The translations under genes were made by a program, and so were the position numbers. DNA of 64,000 nt from Octopus sinensis (taxonomy: Eukaryota), in the NCBI RefSeq assembly GCF_006345805.1, contig NC_043001.1, positions 13,764,001-13,828,000 on the forward strand. Direction: 5' to 3'. This document shows positions 36,587 through 49,894 of the stretch, piece by piece (the stretch's first letter is position 1; each line of letters starts with the position of its first letter). The notes under the pieces are model-generated. The model made no database searches. It saw only the letters and a list, made by a program, of their open reading frames with translations, and was not told the DNA's origin.

Positions 36587-36953
36587 ACTCTTTTACTTGT
36601 TTCAGCCATTTGACTGAGACTATGCTGGAGCAGTGCCTTTAGTCGAGGAAATCGACGCCAGGACTTATTCTTTGGAACCCTAGAATTTATTCTATCGGTC
36701 TCTTTTGCCGAACCGCTAAGTTACTGGAAGGTAAACACACCAGCATCGGTTGCCAAGCGATCTTCGAGGGACAAACACAGACACACGAACATATACGCAC
36801 ATACATATACATATAGTTTCCATCTACCAAATCCACTCACAAGGCTTTGGTCGGCTCGAGGTGATAGTAGAAGACACTTGCCCAAGGTGCCACGCAGTGG
36901 GACTGAACCCGGAACCATGTAGTTCGTAAGCAAGCTACTTTCCACACAGCCTG
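36587..36953 (-). mobile_element. SINE family 2 copy, inverted relative to 35998-36412
   Basis: Reverse-complement homology over ~360 bp. Confidence 0.85.
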
Positions 36954-36998
<45 letters not shown>

Positions 36999-39036
36999 TA
37001 TATTCTTGATTTAAATATATGAATAATAGGATTATCATTCTGGATGTGTTTTACGGCAGACAGAAAAATGATACGACGACTTGCATTTTCTTAATACTTT
37101 CCGAGTGATTCGAACGTGAATATGCTAATTGCTGTTCTGTTCGTAACAACATCTCCTTTACGACGTCTATGTGTTCAGAATAAACGCGATTCATTAGTAG
37201 AAGGAATTCTGGGACAATGGTTTTTCGACCTGTCGTGTTTCCACTGCTAGAAGCACCTCCGAATCAATGACTCTAACAAAAGTTAATAGTGTTGTATATA
37301 ATTTCAACGAACACATTGTCGGTCGATCGTGCTGATATCTGAAAATAAGAAAATTGGGAAATATGAAATAAGAAAAGGAAAACATAGAAAATAAAAAAAT
37401 TAAGAAAATATAACGGAGGCAGAAATCATCCTTAGATATTTCGGAGGTGAAGTGTAGGTTACTGGAACTTTAGCAATATTCTCCTGACTTGGCAGTTCAT
37501 TTGTTAAACTGCTGTGATTTGGAAAAATGCTTCAAGGATAAAAATTGAATGGAAATCTTCCGGTTAATCATAAATTCTAAGCAAAAAGAAAACTTTCCCA
37601 CTTTGGTATTTCATTTCATTTGCTATATTACACGATAGCTATGTCATCCAGCACTGAAGGCTATGACTGGTATTTCTACTGTTTAATCTACACAGATAAA
37701 CAAATACTTTATCAGAAAATTGTTCTAAAACTATTTAAAATCAACAATTGAATGTCTTTCATTCTTTTAAAGCTTCTGTCATTTCCTGTTTGAATTAAAT
37801 TGATTCTTTTATTCAGGTTGATTGCATAGAATGCTAAGCTAAGTGTGAAATTAAACAGAGTGTTGCGGTAAAGACGCGCGTAAATTGGATAAAATATATC
37901 GCCATATTGATTATGGTTTATTTCGGTTACGTAACACCTGCATCATCGATGGCTTGAAAAGGAAATGAAAAATATGAAAAAACACGATTGCGATTATTAC
38001 TAACAACAGTCTACAGAAAGAACCTGAAGTTTTTTGTTGCCAAAATAAATTCTCGGCTTGCGTCAATAGTTATTGTTAACGCTCACATAACCAAGCAGAT
38101 TCGTAAGCTAAATATTTATATCTAGATTGAGTAGTTTTTACTTTTCAGGTGAATAATCTTCCTTTGAGACAGTTGAAAAGTAAGATTCCTAGCAGAGCTG
38201 ATACTATTTATCGCAATAATAGCATTGCTATAAGCATTTCTTACCTTCTTGTGCATAAATATATCTGTAGTCTTACACAGGAATAAAGCCGTAAGTTGCA
38301 TATTGCTATTAAGCGTGATATCAAATTTTTTTGCTTGAAACTCGGTATTAAGATGTGTTATTAAGTTCTGCAGAAACATATATGGTTCCAGAAAAGTTAC
38401 TAAAAGTATTTACACCATCTCAAATTGTAAATAACAAATAAGAGCATTAAATTAAGCATCATCAACGTTACCTAAAATTAGACAGTTGAGATGCAAGGGA
38501 TTCTTAATGTTTAGTCAAAGACCCCTGGTGTAAAATGTAAATAAAAGCTAATATTTTCCTAGCATGAAAATGTAAATAAATAGCAAAATATATATTAACA
38601 TAAACATACAGTATTTTGCACATAGAAGATTTACACCTAGTATGTAATCCTTTTTAATCTTAAGATGTTTACGTATTTCATTACTCTGAGTATTAGCGAT
38701 TTTAGCATGTGCATGTTTGTTCAAATCACTTCCCTTTCTATGTCGCTCACTTTATTTTCAGCAGCATAGTTCATAATAGCTGCTTACATATTTCTTCTTT
38801 TCTTCCAAGACCCTCCACTCGCTTTAGTTTGACCTGTTATTCAGGTTTTGGTTATAAGCTTTCAGAGGTGTATGAACAAGTATAAATCACCACAGCGAGA
38901 TATTTTTAAAATTAGAGCTGTAATAACTTTTATTCCTTTTCTTTTTGTCAATTTTTATACTGCACTACAGAATACATCTATAGATTTTACAAAACATTGT
39001 ATGCATAGTTTCAACCGTTTGCCTTTAAATCTAATA

Positions 39037-39269
39037 ACTATTTCTTTACTGCCTACAAGGGGCTAAAGATAGAGTGGACAAACAAGGACAGACACGGATT
39101 AAGTCGATTATATCGACTCCAGTGTGCAACTGGTAATTAATTTAGCGACCCTGAAAGGATGAAAGACAAAGTCGACCTCGGCGGAATTTGAACTCAGAAC
39201 GTTACGGCAGACGAAATACTGCTACGCATTTCGCCCGGCGTGCTAACGTTTCTGCCAGCTTGCCGCCTT
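39037..39269 (-). mobile_element. SINE family 1 monomer
   Basis: Full head-to-tail match; 14-bp TSD CTTTAAATCTAATA (39023-39036 / 39270-39283). Confidence 0.88.
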
Positions 39270-39974
39270 CTTTAAATCTAATACCCTCATGGACAAAAAA
39301 AAAAGAGGGATCAGTTGGTATCGACTCCTATATCTTCAATCAGTAATTATTATTTCATTTTGATGAGTACCCTATTTTACAAACCACGGGGACATTCCAT
39401 ATAACCCCCACTATAAAACTATTCATTTTTCTGTTCTTGATTCTATTGTATATAAAAACAAATGTTCACATTCAAATGTAAATACAGTTGACCAAAACTA
39501 TGAATGCAATCTATATAACATTGATCTATTGATCTGTTTCATGTTCGAACGTCAGGTGGCTTTCCATAATGATCTTTTCCCGACAGCTATAATATCCTGC
39601 TGTTCTTGATACTTACGCTAGGCTAAGAGCAAACGTTATTATTCTTTTTGTGAAATAGAAAAACCGGAGCAATAAGTTATTTACGGGAATTAATCTGCCA
39701 CAGGTTTAAAGTATTCTTGACAATTAATTACATAAATTATACGTTCTACCACATCGTTTTCAAGCCAAGACGGAATACGCTACGGAGTTTCTGGATTGCA
39801 ACAATTATCGCTTAAATTCACACAAATCAAATTTTATTGTCTTCCATAATAGCGGTGACAATATTTTATTTAGTTTCATAAATATTAAAAAAGACAAAAT
39901 CAACGCCAATGAAATGTCATTGATCATACGACGACCACTCAACTTTATTCTACATGTGTGTGTATGTGTTTGTG

Positions 39975-40017
<43 letters not shown>

Positions 40018-41421
40018 ATGTGTCTGTATGTGTGTACAGCGAGAAAGAGAGAGATTAATTTGCGAACATATACATTAATGAATTCACTCTTACACAGAAA
40101 TACTTCATATATTTATATTAATTCAAATATATATGCACAGGTTTCTATAGCGGAATGATCTCAAGGTCTATCCGAAATAGATCCTTGATGGGGCTTTCTT
40201 TATTTGTCGAAAAGAAGTTCATTCTTTACAATGAACAACATAAATATACACAACCAATAACTCTCTCACGGCCACACGTTTCCCTGAAACTTTATTAACA
40301 AAAGATTTTGAACCCTGAAGTTAATTTAACTGATACAAAAGCCTCATACATATATACACGTAATGTAAAATTATTATATGTACGCATCATACATCCAAAG
40401 ATTCATAGGAGCGTCCAGATTGGGAAATTGTAAAAAGAAATGAAGGTAAGCTTTCTGATTGACTACGTGTTATCCAAAGTACCTAAGAAAAATCCCCGAA
40501 ATTATTGCATGAGTATTATAGAAAAAAACACGCTCACATTTCTGTATGGACTAATGTCACCTGCAACCTGCAGTTTTTGATAGGAACGATACTGCTAAGC
40601 AAAATCAATGACCAAAATTGCACAGGCGGTTCTTTCTTCGCGGAAATTGCGAAAACGATGAACTAACAATCTAAACAAAAACGGAAACTCTAATATAAAT
40701 ATGATTGTTGCCATTATACAGATGTGCAGTATCCGATAAGGAATATGTAGAAATTAGGGAAAGACACAAACAGCTTGAAACCCGGCTTGATTTACGGAAC
40801 ATCACTGAATACATAAACAAACCACTCAAGAAGTAAGATTATAACACGAGTCAATACAATATCAAATGGCTTCAGGTTTTCTTTCATCGATCAAGTTTCT
40901 AAGAAACACCTCACTAATTGAAGTGCAGAGCAATTGGAAATTTAATATCCTTCTGCATTATAATACTAGAAATAGCATTCGTCAACAGATGGCATTAGAA
41001 ATGATAGATCGCAGCTATAACGTATAAACTTGTCTTCATAAGAACAGCGAAAGTTTGCGGAAGATATCGGATTCAGGATACAATTTTTGGATGCGAATTG
41101 AATAATGGACGAGCGAACTGTCAGCTGCCAATTCCGGATAGGCTATCCAATATCTACGGCAACTCACAGATAAATTTCTACTCTTAAACACGTAAGTAAA
41201 GGGCTTTGTTGTCGTAAGTAATTAAAAGAAAGTTACTCTATCAGCTGTAAGATATTGTATATGGCAACATCAAAAGCCATACCACCAGGGTAGTAATGAT
41301 ATCTTCCGTGGATGATGTTGTTTAGATAGTCAACAGTATAATCAACTGTTCAAATGTCCTTCCAAAATCATACCTCAGTAGCAACGAAACATAGTTGATA
41401 ATTATTGAAAACTACATATTA

Positions 41422-41966
41422 TTGGGTTGTCTGGAAAGTTCGTGCCGATTTATAGTAGCTTATCTTTCGACTTATTTCAGAACATGTTTGAGTCCATAAA
41501 ATAGGATTTGACTACGCCTCCATTTAGAGCACAGTTTAAGCTATCTTTTCGTGGAAGAAGGTTTATGTTCCTATAACCTGTGCTAATTCTGTAACCCTTT
41601 AAAATGGAAGATAAGAAAGTTCATTTCGGCACCTGCTGCTTTGGGAACCAGACAAAAATTGCTGCAGCTTGGTTGGCATGTGTTACCCAACCCTTCATAT
41701 TCACCAGATATTGCTCCTTCGGATTTCCACTTATTCAGGTCTCTGCAGAATAGTTTTGATAGTAAAAAATTCAATTCCTTGGATGACGTAAAAAAATACC
41801 TTGATGAAATCTTTGCCATGTATCCACCTCAATTCTGGGAAGAGGGTATTTTCAAGTTAAAGGAAAGATGGAGACGCATATTTGGTTGATTAAAAATGTA
41901 ATGGCAAGTATTCATTGACCTTTTTCTTTCCTTTAAAAATCGGCACGAACTTTCCGGACAACCCAA
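41422..41966 (+). mobile_element. Internally deleted mariner (Tc1/mariner) DNA transposon
   Basis: ~30-bp TIRs TTGGGTTGTC(T/C)GGAAAGTTCGTGCCGATTT and TA TSDs. Retains the transposase N-terminus MEDKKVHF fused to a C-terminus containing PSYSPDIAPSDFHLFRSLQN (41641-41889). Confidence 0.93.
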
Positions 41967-42472
41967 TATAATATCAGGAGATGTTTGATAGCCGGGTAAG
42001 AAACTCGTTTAATAAATAAATATCTCACGAAATAGTTGAAGAAAGCATTAGAACATTCTACACTATTATGACTTCTTGACTAGCAGAGGCATTTACTGCC
42101 GTGTCTGTCATATCGTAAATGGACAAACGTGAGAGGCAGCGTAAACTTGTATTTGCGGAATTGGCTGACTCGGTTTATTTGGAGGCCATCTTGTATCAGA
42201 AAGACTCCATTAATTATGTATTCACGTATTTGTATACTAGTAGACATTTTAGTGCAATTGTCCTTCTTCCACCGAGTCTCATTTTTTATATACCTCACAC
42301 GTACGCACACCTTATGTAACCTGTCTTTGAAATGTCTATTTCAATTGACGCCCCGGAGGCAAATACAGGAAATGATCATAATAATGAGAATAATAGTGAT
42401 AGTTGTTATTATTATTTGTTGTTGTTTTCATCATGATAATAATTTTGTTATCGATAGTTTTAATGTTTCTTA

Positions 42473-42704
42473 TTTCTTTATTGCCCACAAGGGTCTAAAC
42501 ATAGAGGGGACAAACAAGGACAGACAAAGGAATTAAGTCGATTACATCTACCCCAGTGCATAACTGGTACTTAATTTATCGACCTCGAAAGGATTGAAAG
42601 GCAAAGTCGACCTCGGGGGAATTTGAACTCAGAACTTTGCAGCAGACGAAACATTGCTAAGCATTTCGCCCCGCGCGCTAACGTTTCTGACTGCTCGCCG
42701 CCTT
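42473..42704 (-). mobile_element. SINE family 1 monomer
   Basis: Full-length match to the other copies. Confidence 0.85.
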
Positions 42705-43103
42705 TTTTTGGAGCAACGTGAAATGAAGTGTTTTGCTCGAGAACACAACGCGTAGCCCGGCCCAGGAATCGAAACCACAATCTTACGATCATAATGCTGA
42801 CTCCCTAACCAATAACCTACGCGCCTCCACCATAGTTTTAACGTTGTTGACATTATTATTAAGATGGCATCGAACTGGAACAATTCTTAGTATTTCGAAC
42901 AAAATGCTTACAAGCTTCTAATTCTACATTGGTCAACCTTGCCATTCATCCTTTTAGAGTTGATGAAATAAGTACCAGCTATGTACTGTGGTCTATCGAC
43001 AAGCTCTTGCCACAAACATTTCATTCATGTGTCCATAATAGAATGGATTATGGTTGCGGTGGCTCTTGTTATTATTACAATTATTATCATTATTATTGTG
43101 AAG

Positions 43104-43870
43104 AAGGCAGGGAGATGGCAGAATCCTTAGCATGTCGGGCGAAATCTTGACGGTATTTCGTCTGCCGTTACGTTGTGAGTTCAAATTCCGCCGAGGTCGA
43201 CTTTGCCTTTAATCCTTTCAGGGTCGATAAATTAAGTACCAGTTACGCACTGGGGTCGATGTAATCGACTTAATCCGTTTGTCTGTCCTTGTTCGTCCAC
43301 TCTATGTTTAGCCCCTTGTGGGTAGTAAAGAAATAGGTATTTCATCTGTCGTTACGTTCTGAGTTCAAATTCCGCCGAGCTCGACTTTGCCTTTCATCCT
43401 TTCGGGGTCGATAAATTAAGTACCACTTACGCACTGGGGTCGATGTAATCGACTTAATCCGTTTGTCTGTCCTTGTTTGTCCACTCTATGTTTAGCCCCT
43501 TGTGGGTAGTAAAGAAATAGGTATTTCGTCTATCGATACGTTCTGAGCTCAAATTCCGCCGAGGTCGACTCTGCCATTCATCCTTTCGGGGTCAATAAAT
43601 TAAGTACCAGTTACGAACTGGGGTCAATGTAATCGAATTAATCCGTTTGTCTGTCCTTGTTTGTCCTCTCTGTGTTTAGCCCCTTGTGGGTAATAAAGAA
43701 ATAGGTATTTCGTCTGTCATTACGTGCTGCGTTCAAATTCAGCCGAGGTCGACTTTGCTTTCATCTTTTCGGGGTCGATAAATTAAGTACCAGTTACGAA
43801 CTGGGGTCGATTTAATCGACTGGCCCCCCTCTCACAAAATTTCGGGCCTTGTGCCGAGAATCGAAAAGAA
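43104..43870 (+). mobile_element. SINE family 1, head + four tandem units (last with alternative tail)
   Basis: Each unit begins GGTATTTC; the first three end AAAGAAATA and the fourth ends AAATTTCGGGCCTTGTGCC. Confidence 0.88.
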
Positions 43871-44765
43871 TATCGAACTGGTGAGCAATGAGGTGATGGT
43901 GGTCGTCGTGGTGATACTACTGTTGGTGATGGCGGCGTCGCTGTTACACTTGCTGTTGCCCTTGATAGACTTGTTATTACCTACAATAGTCTTATTTCTA
44001 TTTATGATTTCAATATACGACTCACCATATTACTAAGACCCCGGAGCATGTATTGTATTTGCTTTGGCTTTTCTATTGACTATTCCATTCACAATACTTT
44101 ACGTAATACACGTTCTATGCCTTGCAGTATCATTTGTTGTGTATTATGTGTACATGTAATCTGTGCGCTTACGCCTATGTATTAGTATTATTACCCTTAA
44201 AGCATTGGCAAGGACCCTATTATTTTACTATTGTTTTCTTCCCATTCATAGTCCCTATTCTAGTTGTCTGTATTTGCAAACATATTCAAGCGAGTTGTTC
44301 ATTGTTTTAGAGTAACTGTATCTCTGGTGTGAAAATTTCTATTGTCAGGCAATTCTTTTCAATGGTCCATTAACCTTCATATTCGTTACCATGTTTTTCA
44401 CGTTTTCGCCGTGAAGCATTTGCCGTACAGCATTTGTGTCACAAATAAGAGTCGTGTGTGTATATATGTATATAGTCATTTATATATATATCAATAATAA
44501 TAGTGATTGTTCTTATTAGGAACAAGAGGGTTAACTGGACTGCAATAGAAGTGCTCGAGTAAATGAGACGAAAATAACAAACTTTGGTTGTAGAACAAAC
44601 AACAAATTTAAAGTCATCCACTTAACATATCACATCTCGAACATTTAATCACATATAAAGAAACATAATGCTTTTTCGTATACAAAGAATACGGATGCAC
44701 AAAACCACAGTAGATGAAACAATATTTCATTTAGACAAGCATATAAAAAAAAGAGGCAACATTAA

Positions 44766-45033
44766 TGTTTCGTTCAACACCCTTAAACAAACCCTATTCA
44801 GGGACCACTTGATCGGGATGGCCTATTTGACGTGAAGAAATATTTCATTGGCCCCACCTGCAAGATTATGCTCGGCAAGGTCATATTTTTATGTGGGATT
44901 ACCATGTTGCGCACAAATGGTTGTGATGCATGCACCTGATGTACGCTTATCAGGCGGTTAATCAAGTTGGGTATGCTGGGCTTTGTATATTTGTATTCCA
45001 GTGTCACTTTGATGGTATGCACTACGTTCTCAC

Positions 45034-45070
<37 letters not shown>

Positions 45071-45587
45071 TAATAATAATAAATGCCCTGGTGCGGTAAG
45101 CAATACCAGGCAGTGACTCTTAACTGATTGGAAGTGTTACCATGTGCGTTTTATTTTTGGTACAAAAGATGAGCTATAGTATATATTTTGTTCAATACCA
45201 CAGGTTTATTTGTCAGATGCTTGGCTTTAACCGTTTGAGCATGTCCCTTAGTGTTTCCTGATATGTGCATCACTGACCAGGTGCAGATGTAATGGGGAAA
45301 CATCATAGCTATGTGTTGAAAGTTCTTTGGAATTTGAATAATTCACCTCTGGGAACATGGTTGTTTGTTCCTTCATCCTTAAACAACCCTTATTCAGGAA
45401 CCTTTTGAGTGGGATAATCTACTGGACCTGAAGAAAATCCTACCTGGCCCCCACCTCCAAGATCATACGCTTGCTGTTTGTGTTCATATGAGATCACTAT
45501 GTCGTCCACATCTGGTTGTAAAACATGTGCCTGGTGTATTCTTATCAGACGAGTTGTCATGGTGGAAATATTGAGTTTCGTATATTT
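44766..45587 (+). repeat. Interspersed repeat present as ~1.4 tandem units (period about 595) joined by (AAT)n
   Basis: 44766-45000 is homologous to 45361-45587; (AAT)n lies at 45036-45081. Confidence 0.65.
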
Positions 45588-47915
45588 GTTCGAAGAATTG
45601 GTTTTGAGAAAGTGGTTTTAAAATAATTTTCAGTTTTTGATATGTATTGTAAGCGAAGAAATGTTACGTTTATGACATTATTTTAGTATTAATTTTTGTA
45701 TCAGTTTTAGATAAAGCTTCAGGCGGGCATCTGCACGTGATCATTCAAGAAATAAGCTTAACATTTAAAACCTATTTTGTATGAACAACTTCTACACAGT
45801 GAAAATGCAACTTCTCAAGTTGATTCCTAGCAGAATGTAAAACATAAAATTGATAACAATGAACGTCCCAGTGAGGAACTAAGTTCAAGCAGCTTGTAAG
45901 TGGAAATTTTCTTTTCGCAATGCTCAGATAATTTCAAAGGATATATTTTCTCAAGTACAAGTTATACAAGGAATAGTGTGTGTTGTGTGACCTCCTTCGG
46001 TCCTGAATGACCATGGAATTGCACCTAGAAAGTTACCCTCCGAGGTACAAGTCTGTGCAAGGTTGTTTATGGAAGACCAACAGTCACCCACGCATACCAG
46101 CCTCCCCTCTCCACGCCACCAATGTTATCCAAGGGAGAGGCAAAGGGGCCGATACAGCTTGGCACCAGTGACGTCGCAGCTCATTTTTTAACATGCAGGT
46201 GGCTGAGCACTCCACAGACACGTGTACCTTTAACATAGTTCTCGGGGAGATTCAGCGTGACACAGAGTGTGACAAGGCTGGCCCTTTGAAATACAGGTAC
46301 AAAAGAAACAGGAAGAAAGAGTGAGAGAAAGTTGTGGTGAAAGAGTACAACAGGGTTCACCACCACCCCCTGCCGGAGCCACGTGGTGCTTTACGTGTTT
46401 TCGCTCAATAAACACTCAAAATGCCGGGTCTGGGAATCGAAACCGCGAGTCCGCTGTCCTAACCACTGGGCCATTGCGCCTCCACTGCAAGGACTAGTAC
46501 CTATTGTAAAATAGTATGTTTGACTCAACAACCGTTAATGATTTTTTTTTGGTCTCATATAAAATAATTGATAACTGTTCTTTACATAAATAAAACAAAT
46601 CCGGTTTAGAAGAAATTAATGACAACGATACCGAGAAGAAATAACGATGTTCTATTTCAAGCAATATGGAAAGATACTTAGAAATATGGGAGCAGTGAAC
46701 GAAATAATTGTGAAGACCGATCCCAACATCGAAAGAATCGCTCACATCGACAAAGTTTTCCTAACTTACGAGTGTATCTGTCAAGATTTAGAATAAATGA
46801 AAGTAGTAAAATCTTCCCTGTTTAATTAATTTAAAACCCAATAATCTTTTCCACAGCTAAGATTTAGAATTATTTTATCTATATTTACATTCCATTACGT
46901 AATTATATTTTTCGCAAAGTTTTTATATTATATTTATGTTACATTATATTATGTTATACTATATTAAGTTATATTTCATTATAATATATTAGATTATATT
47001 ATATTCTTCATTTCAAAAATCTAATGGTTTACATTGTACATAATAAAAAAATATTTCGCGGTGTTTGTAAAAATAAAATGTCAAAAGGTGAAATGGAAAT
47101 GCTGAAAAGCAAAATATATTATAGTTCATGCATACTCAGCATGAAGAAGTATTTCGCACTTAGACTTGATTATGAATGTCTAATATCAAGATAATGAAAA
47201 ACCTTCTAATTATTAATTAGCTGAATAATGAACTCTTAATAATTTTTTTTCGCCAGTTACAATTTGTAAAAAATATTTCGTTTCGTCGTTTCAGTACCTT
47301 TTGTTGTTTTTTTCTTTTTTTACGTTTTACTTTAGAATTGGATTGACCTATTTAATTAGCGATTTTTATCTTAAGGTTACTCCCGAAAGAAATGTCAGAG
47401 TACGAATGTGTTTACGTTTTCAATTTTGGTATTGATTAGTCATAAAAATTCGGTGGCACTTCGCTACCATGGTCGTCTCATCGAATTGAAAATGCTCACC
47501 TTTTCGAAAATTAAGAGTTTCCCAGATCAAAAATTGAAAGTGTTTTTTTTTTTGTACCTTTGTTTTGTTTACTTGAATGACTGTATTTATGTTATTTATT
47601 CTTTATTCCCTATTGCAGTAATCTTCAAACTCCATATTTATGCTTAACAAATGATAAACAAATCCTTACCTTGAACAAATCGTTCAAATACGTAATAAAT
47701 AAAAGCTTATCTCGATTACATAAAATGTCCATTGTTCGCTTAGACTATGAATGTTCAGTTCCCGTCAGCTTGTTTGCTTAATTCTGGGGCAATTTGGCAG
47801 TGTTTCTGGTTGCATTCATAACCGAGTCCACGAAATTCGGTGAATGTGTCAGGTATTCAAAACATTTTTGAACGACACTGTTGAATAACGTTCTACAATT
47901 GCTTATAACTCATCA

Positions 47916-48028
47916 TATTTCTTTATTGCCCACAAGGGGCTAAACATAGAGGGGACAAACAAGGACAGACAAACAGATTAAGTCGATTATATCGATCCCA
48001 GTGCGTAAGTGGTACTTATTTAATCGAC
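47916..48028 (-). mobile_element. SINE family 1, 3' half
   Basis: Tail and part of the body, fused to a Helitron fragment at 48030. Confidence 0.75.
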
Positions 48029-48768
48029 ATGGTGTTAACATGGTCCAATTTGAATTTTTTCTTCTACGGAAGGAAGAGTAAGCCTTCTATCATACTCTCA
48101 ATTTTGGTCAAATTACGCCGCAGACAACTTCAGCTTTATATATAGAGAGATGTAAAAAATATGCAATAGTATTAACAGCTTTTCCTCTTAGTTTTTAGAG
48201 GGACGCGTTCTGGTGTAAGAATGATATCTTGGTTTTGTTAATGGAGACAGATTAGAAATATGCTCCCGATGAAAAATGTGTATTTTGCCAAGAATACTCC
48301 CAATTGAATGTGGTAATGTGATTGACAAAGCTGAGACGCCGAAGAAAGCGTAAGATGGAAGGGAAGATTTCTTTCTCCCTCGGCCTGTAAAAATTCGTGT
48401 ATACTTAAAAATATTTTCAAATCCTCTACGGTGAGTTACGTTTAGTACCGTCCGAAAGCCATTTGTTATGTCGAGCGTCAACCGCTGCAAGGTAATGTAT
48501 TTCATTTTGATAAAAGTCTGGAAGGGTTTTGCCGCCAAACACAACGTACCGTGACAAGCTTTTAGGTATAACTTTTCACGTTTCTATAAATTCTTGAATA
48601 ATTCGTATGCTATTAATTCCTTCATGCGAAATTTTTCAGAATCAATATTTAACAATTTTCGACGTAGCATAATAAGTACATGGTTCCTGAAGCAATTACG
48701 ATAGGGAGGGAGAGCAATTCGCTGGTCCAATGGAGTTAGACAGGAGCAGCGACTGTAAAATTGTCGTT

Positions 48769-49041
48769 GGAGACTCGTTTTGAATTCAAGCTGGTTAGTC
48801 CACGTTATTCAGTAAGGAGAATAGGGCGGGTTTCCCGGTTTCTGTGGCTAACATATTCCACCCTGGACGGGACTCCGCTCCGTCGCAGGGTTACTAATTT
48901 TTAACCGCTGAGCGGACTAGAGCAATGGGTGGGACTAAAGCAATTTGCTCAATAACACAACGAAAATCCCGGTCCATGAATCGAAACTACAATCTTTTTA
49001 TCATGATCTGAACACACTAACAACTAATCCATGCGTCTCCA
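48769..49041 (-). mobile_element. Older tRNA-derived SINE (related head fragment at 42711-42829)
   Basis: tRNA-like head on the minus strand followed by a TTGAGCAA-type CORE-like block; diverged. Confidence 0.55.
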
Positions 49042-49514
49042 CTAACTACAGCAAGACTACTTAGCTTCAATTCTTTTAATACAAAATTTATAATATGATG
49101 TGTTGAGGAGGAAAAAGAAATTAAATTTAGAAATTCTTTGACAGTACTGGAAGTGATGACGCAACAGATGTATCTGGGTATATTTTTAAGACAGGCGACA
49201 TTGGACTGAGAAATATATTGAATTTTATTTGAGAAGCTACTATCGCGTCGTGGTTTATGACATTAATAAGTTAATGAGAAACAATATTAACGCGTATATT
49301 CGTTCAGTAATAATACAAATTTAATTTCCTTGACAAAAGGAAGGCTTATTGGAATCTTTTTCGTCTATAAAATACGACTTTTTAAAGTTTTCTGTGTGGG
49401 AAAACATGAAAATTTAATGTGACTTGGAAAATAAATAATTTTACTACTACCAGTGTGAACTGGAATTTTTTAAACATCTTTCGCTAAATTTCATGAAAAA
49501 CAGTTCTAATCCGG

Positions 49515-49894
49515 AAGGCGGTGAGCTGGCAGAAACGTTAGCGCGCCGGGTGAAATGCTTAGCAGTATTTCGTCTGCTGTTACGTTCTGAGTTCAAATTC
49601 CGCCGAGGTCGACTTTGCCTTTCATCCTTTCGGGGTCGATTAAATAAGTACTGGGGGCGATATAATCGACTTAATCTGTTTGTCTGTCCTTTTTTGTCCT
49701 CTCTGTGTTTAGCCCCTTGTGGGTAGTAAAGAAATAGGTATTTCGAACGTTTTCACGTTCTCCTCTCAAATTCTATCCTTCAGGTTTGATCTTTAAAAAA
49801 AGGTACCAGTTGACTAATGGAGTCGATTTAATCGACATAGCCCTTCTCTAAATATCCTCTCTGTATTTATCCCCTTGTGAGCAGTAAAGAAATA
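49515..49894 (+). mobile_element. SINE family 1 dimer with degenerate second unit
   Basis: 20-bp TSD GAAAAACAGTTCTAATCCGG (49495-49514 / 49895-49914). Confidence 0.88.

Noticed and set aside
38790-38850. Possible 46-nt minus-strand exon (CAG|...|GTAAGC)
   Set aside because: No polypyrimidine tract and no supporting neighbouring exons; chance occurrence is likely.
48188-48544. 118-aa minus-strand ORF, and a possible AG...GTGAGT exon on the plus strand
   Set aside because: No recognisable domain; all three plus-strand frames of the candidate exon contain stops.
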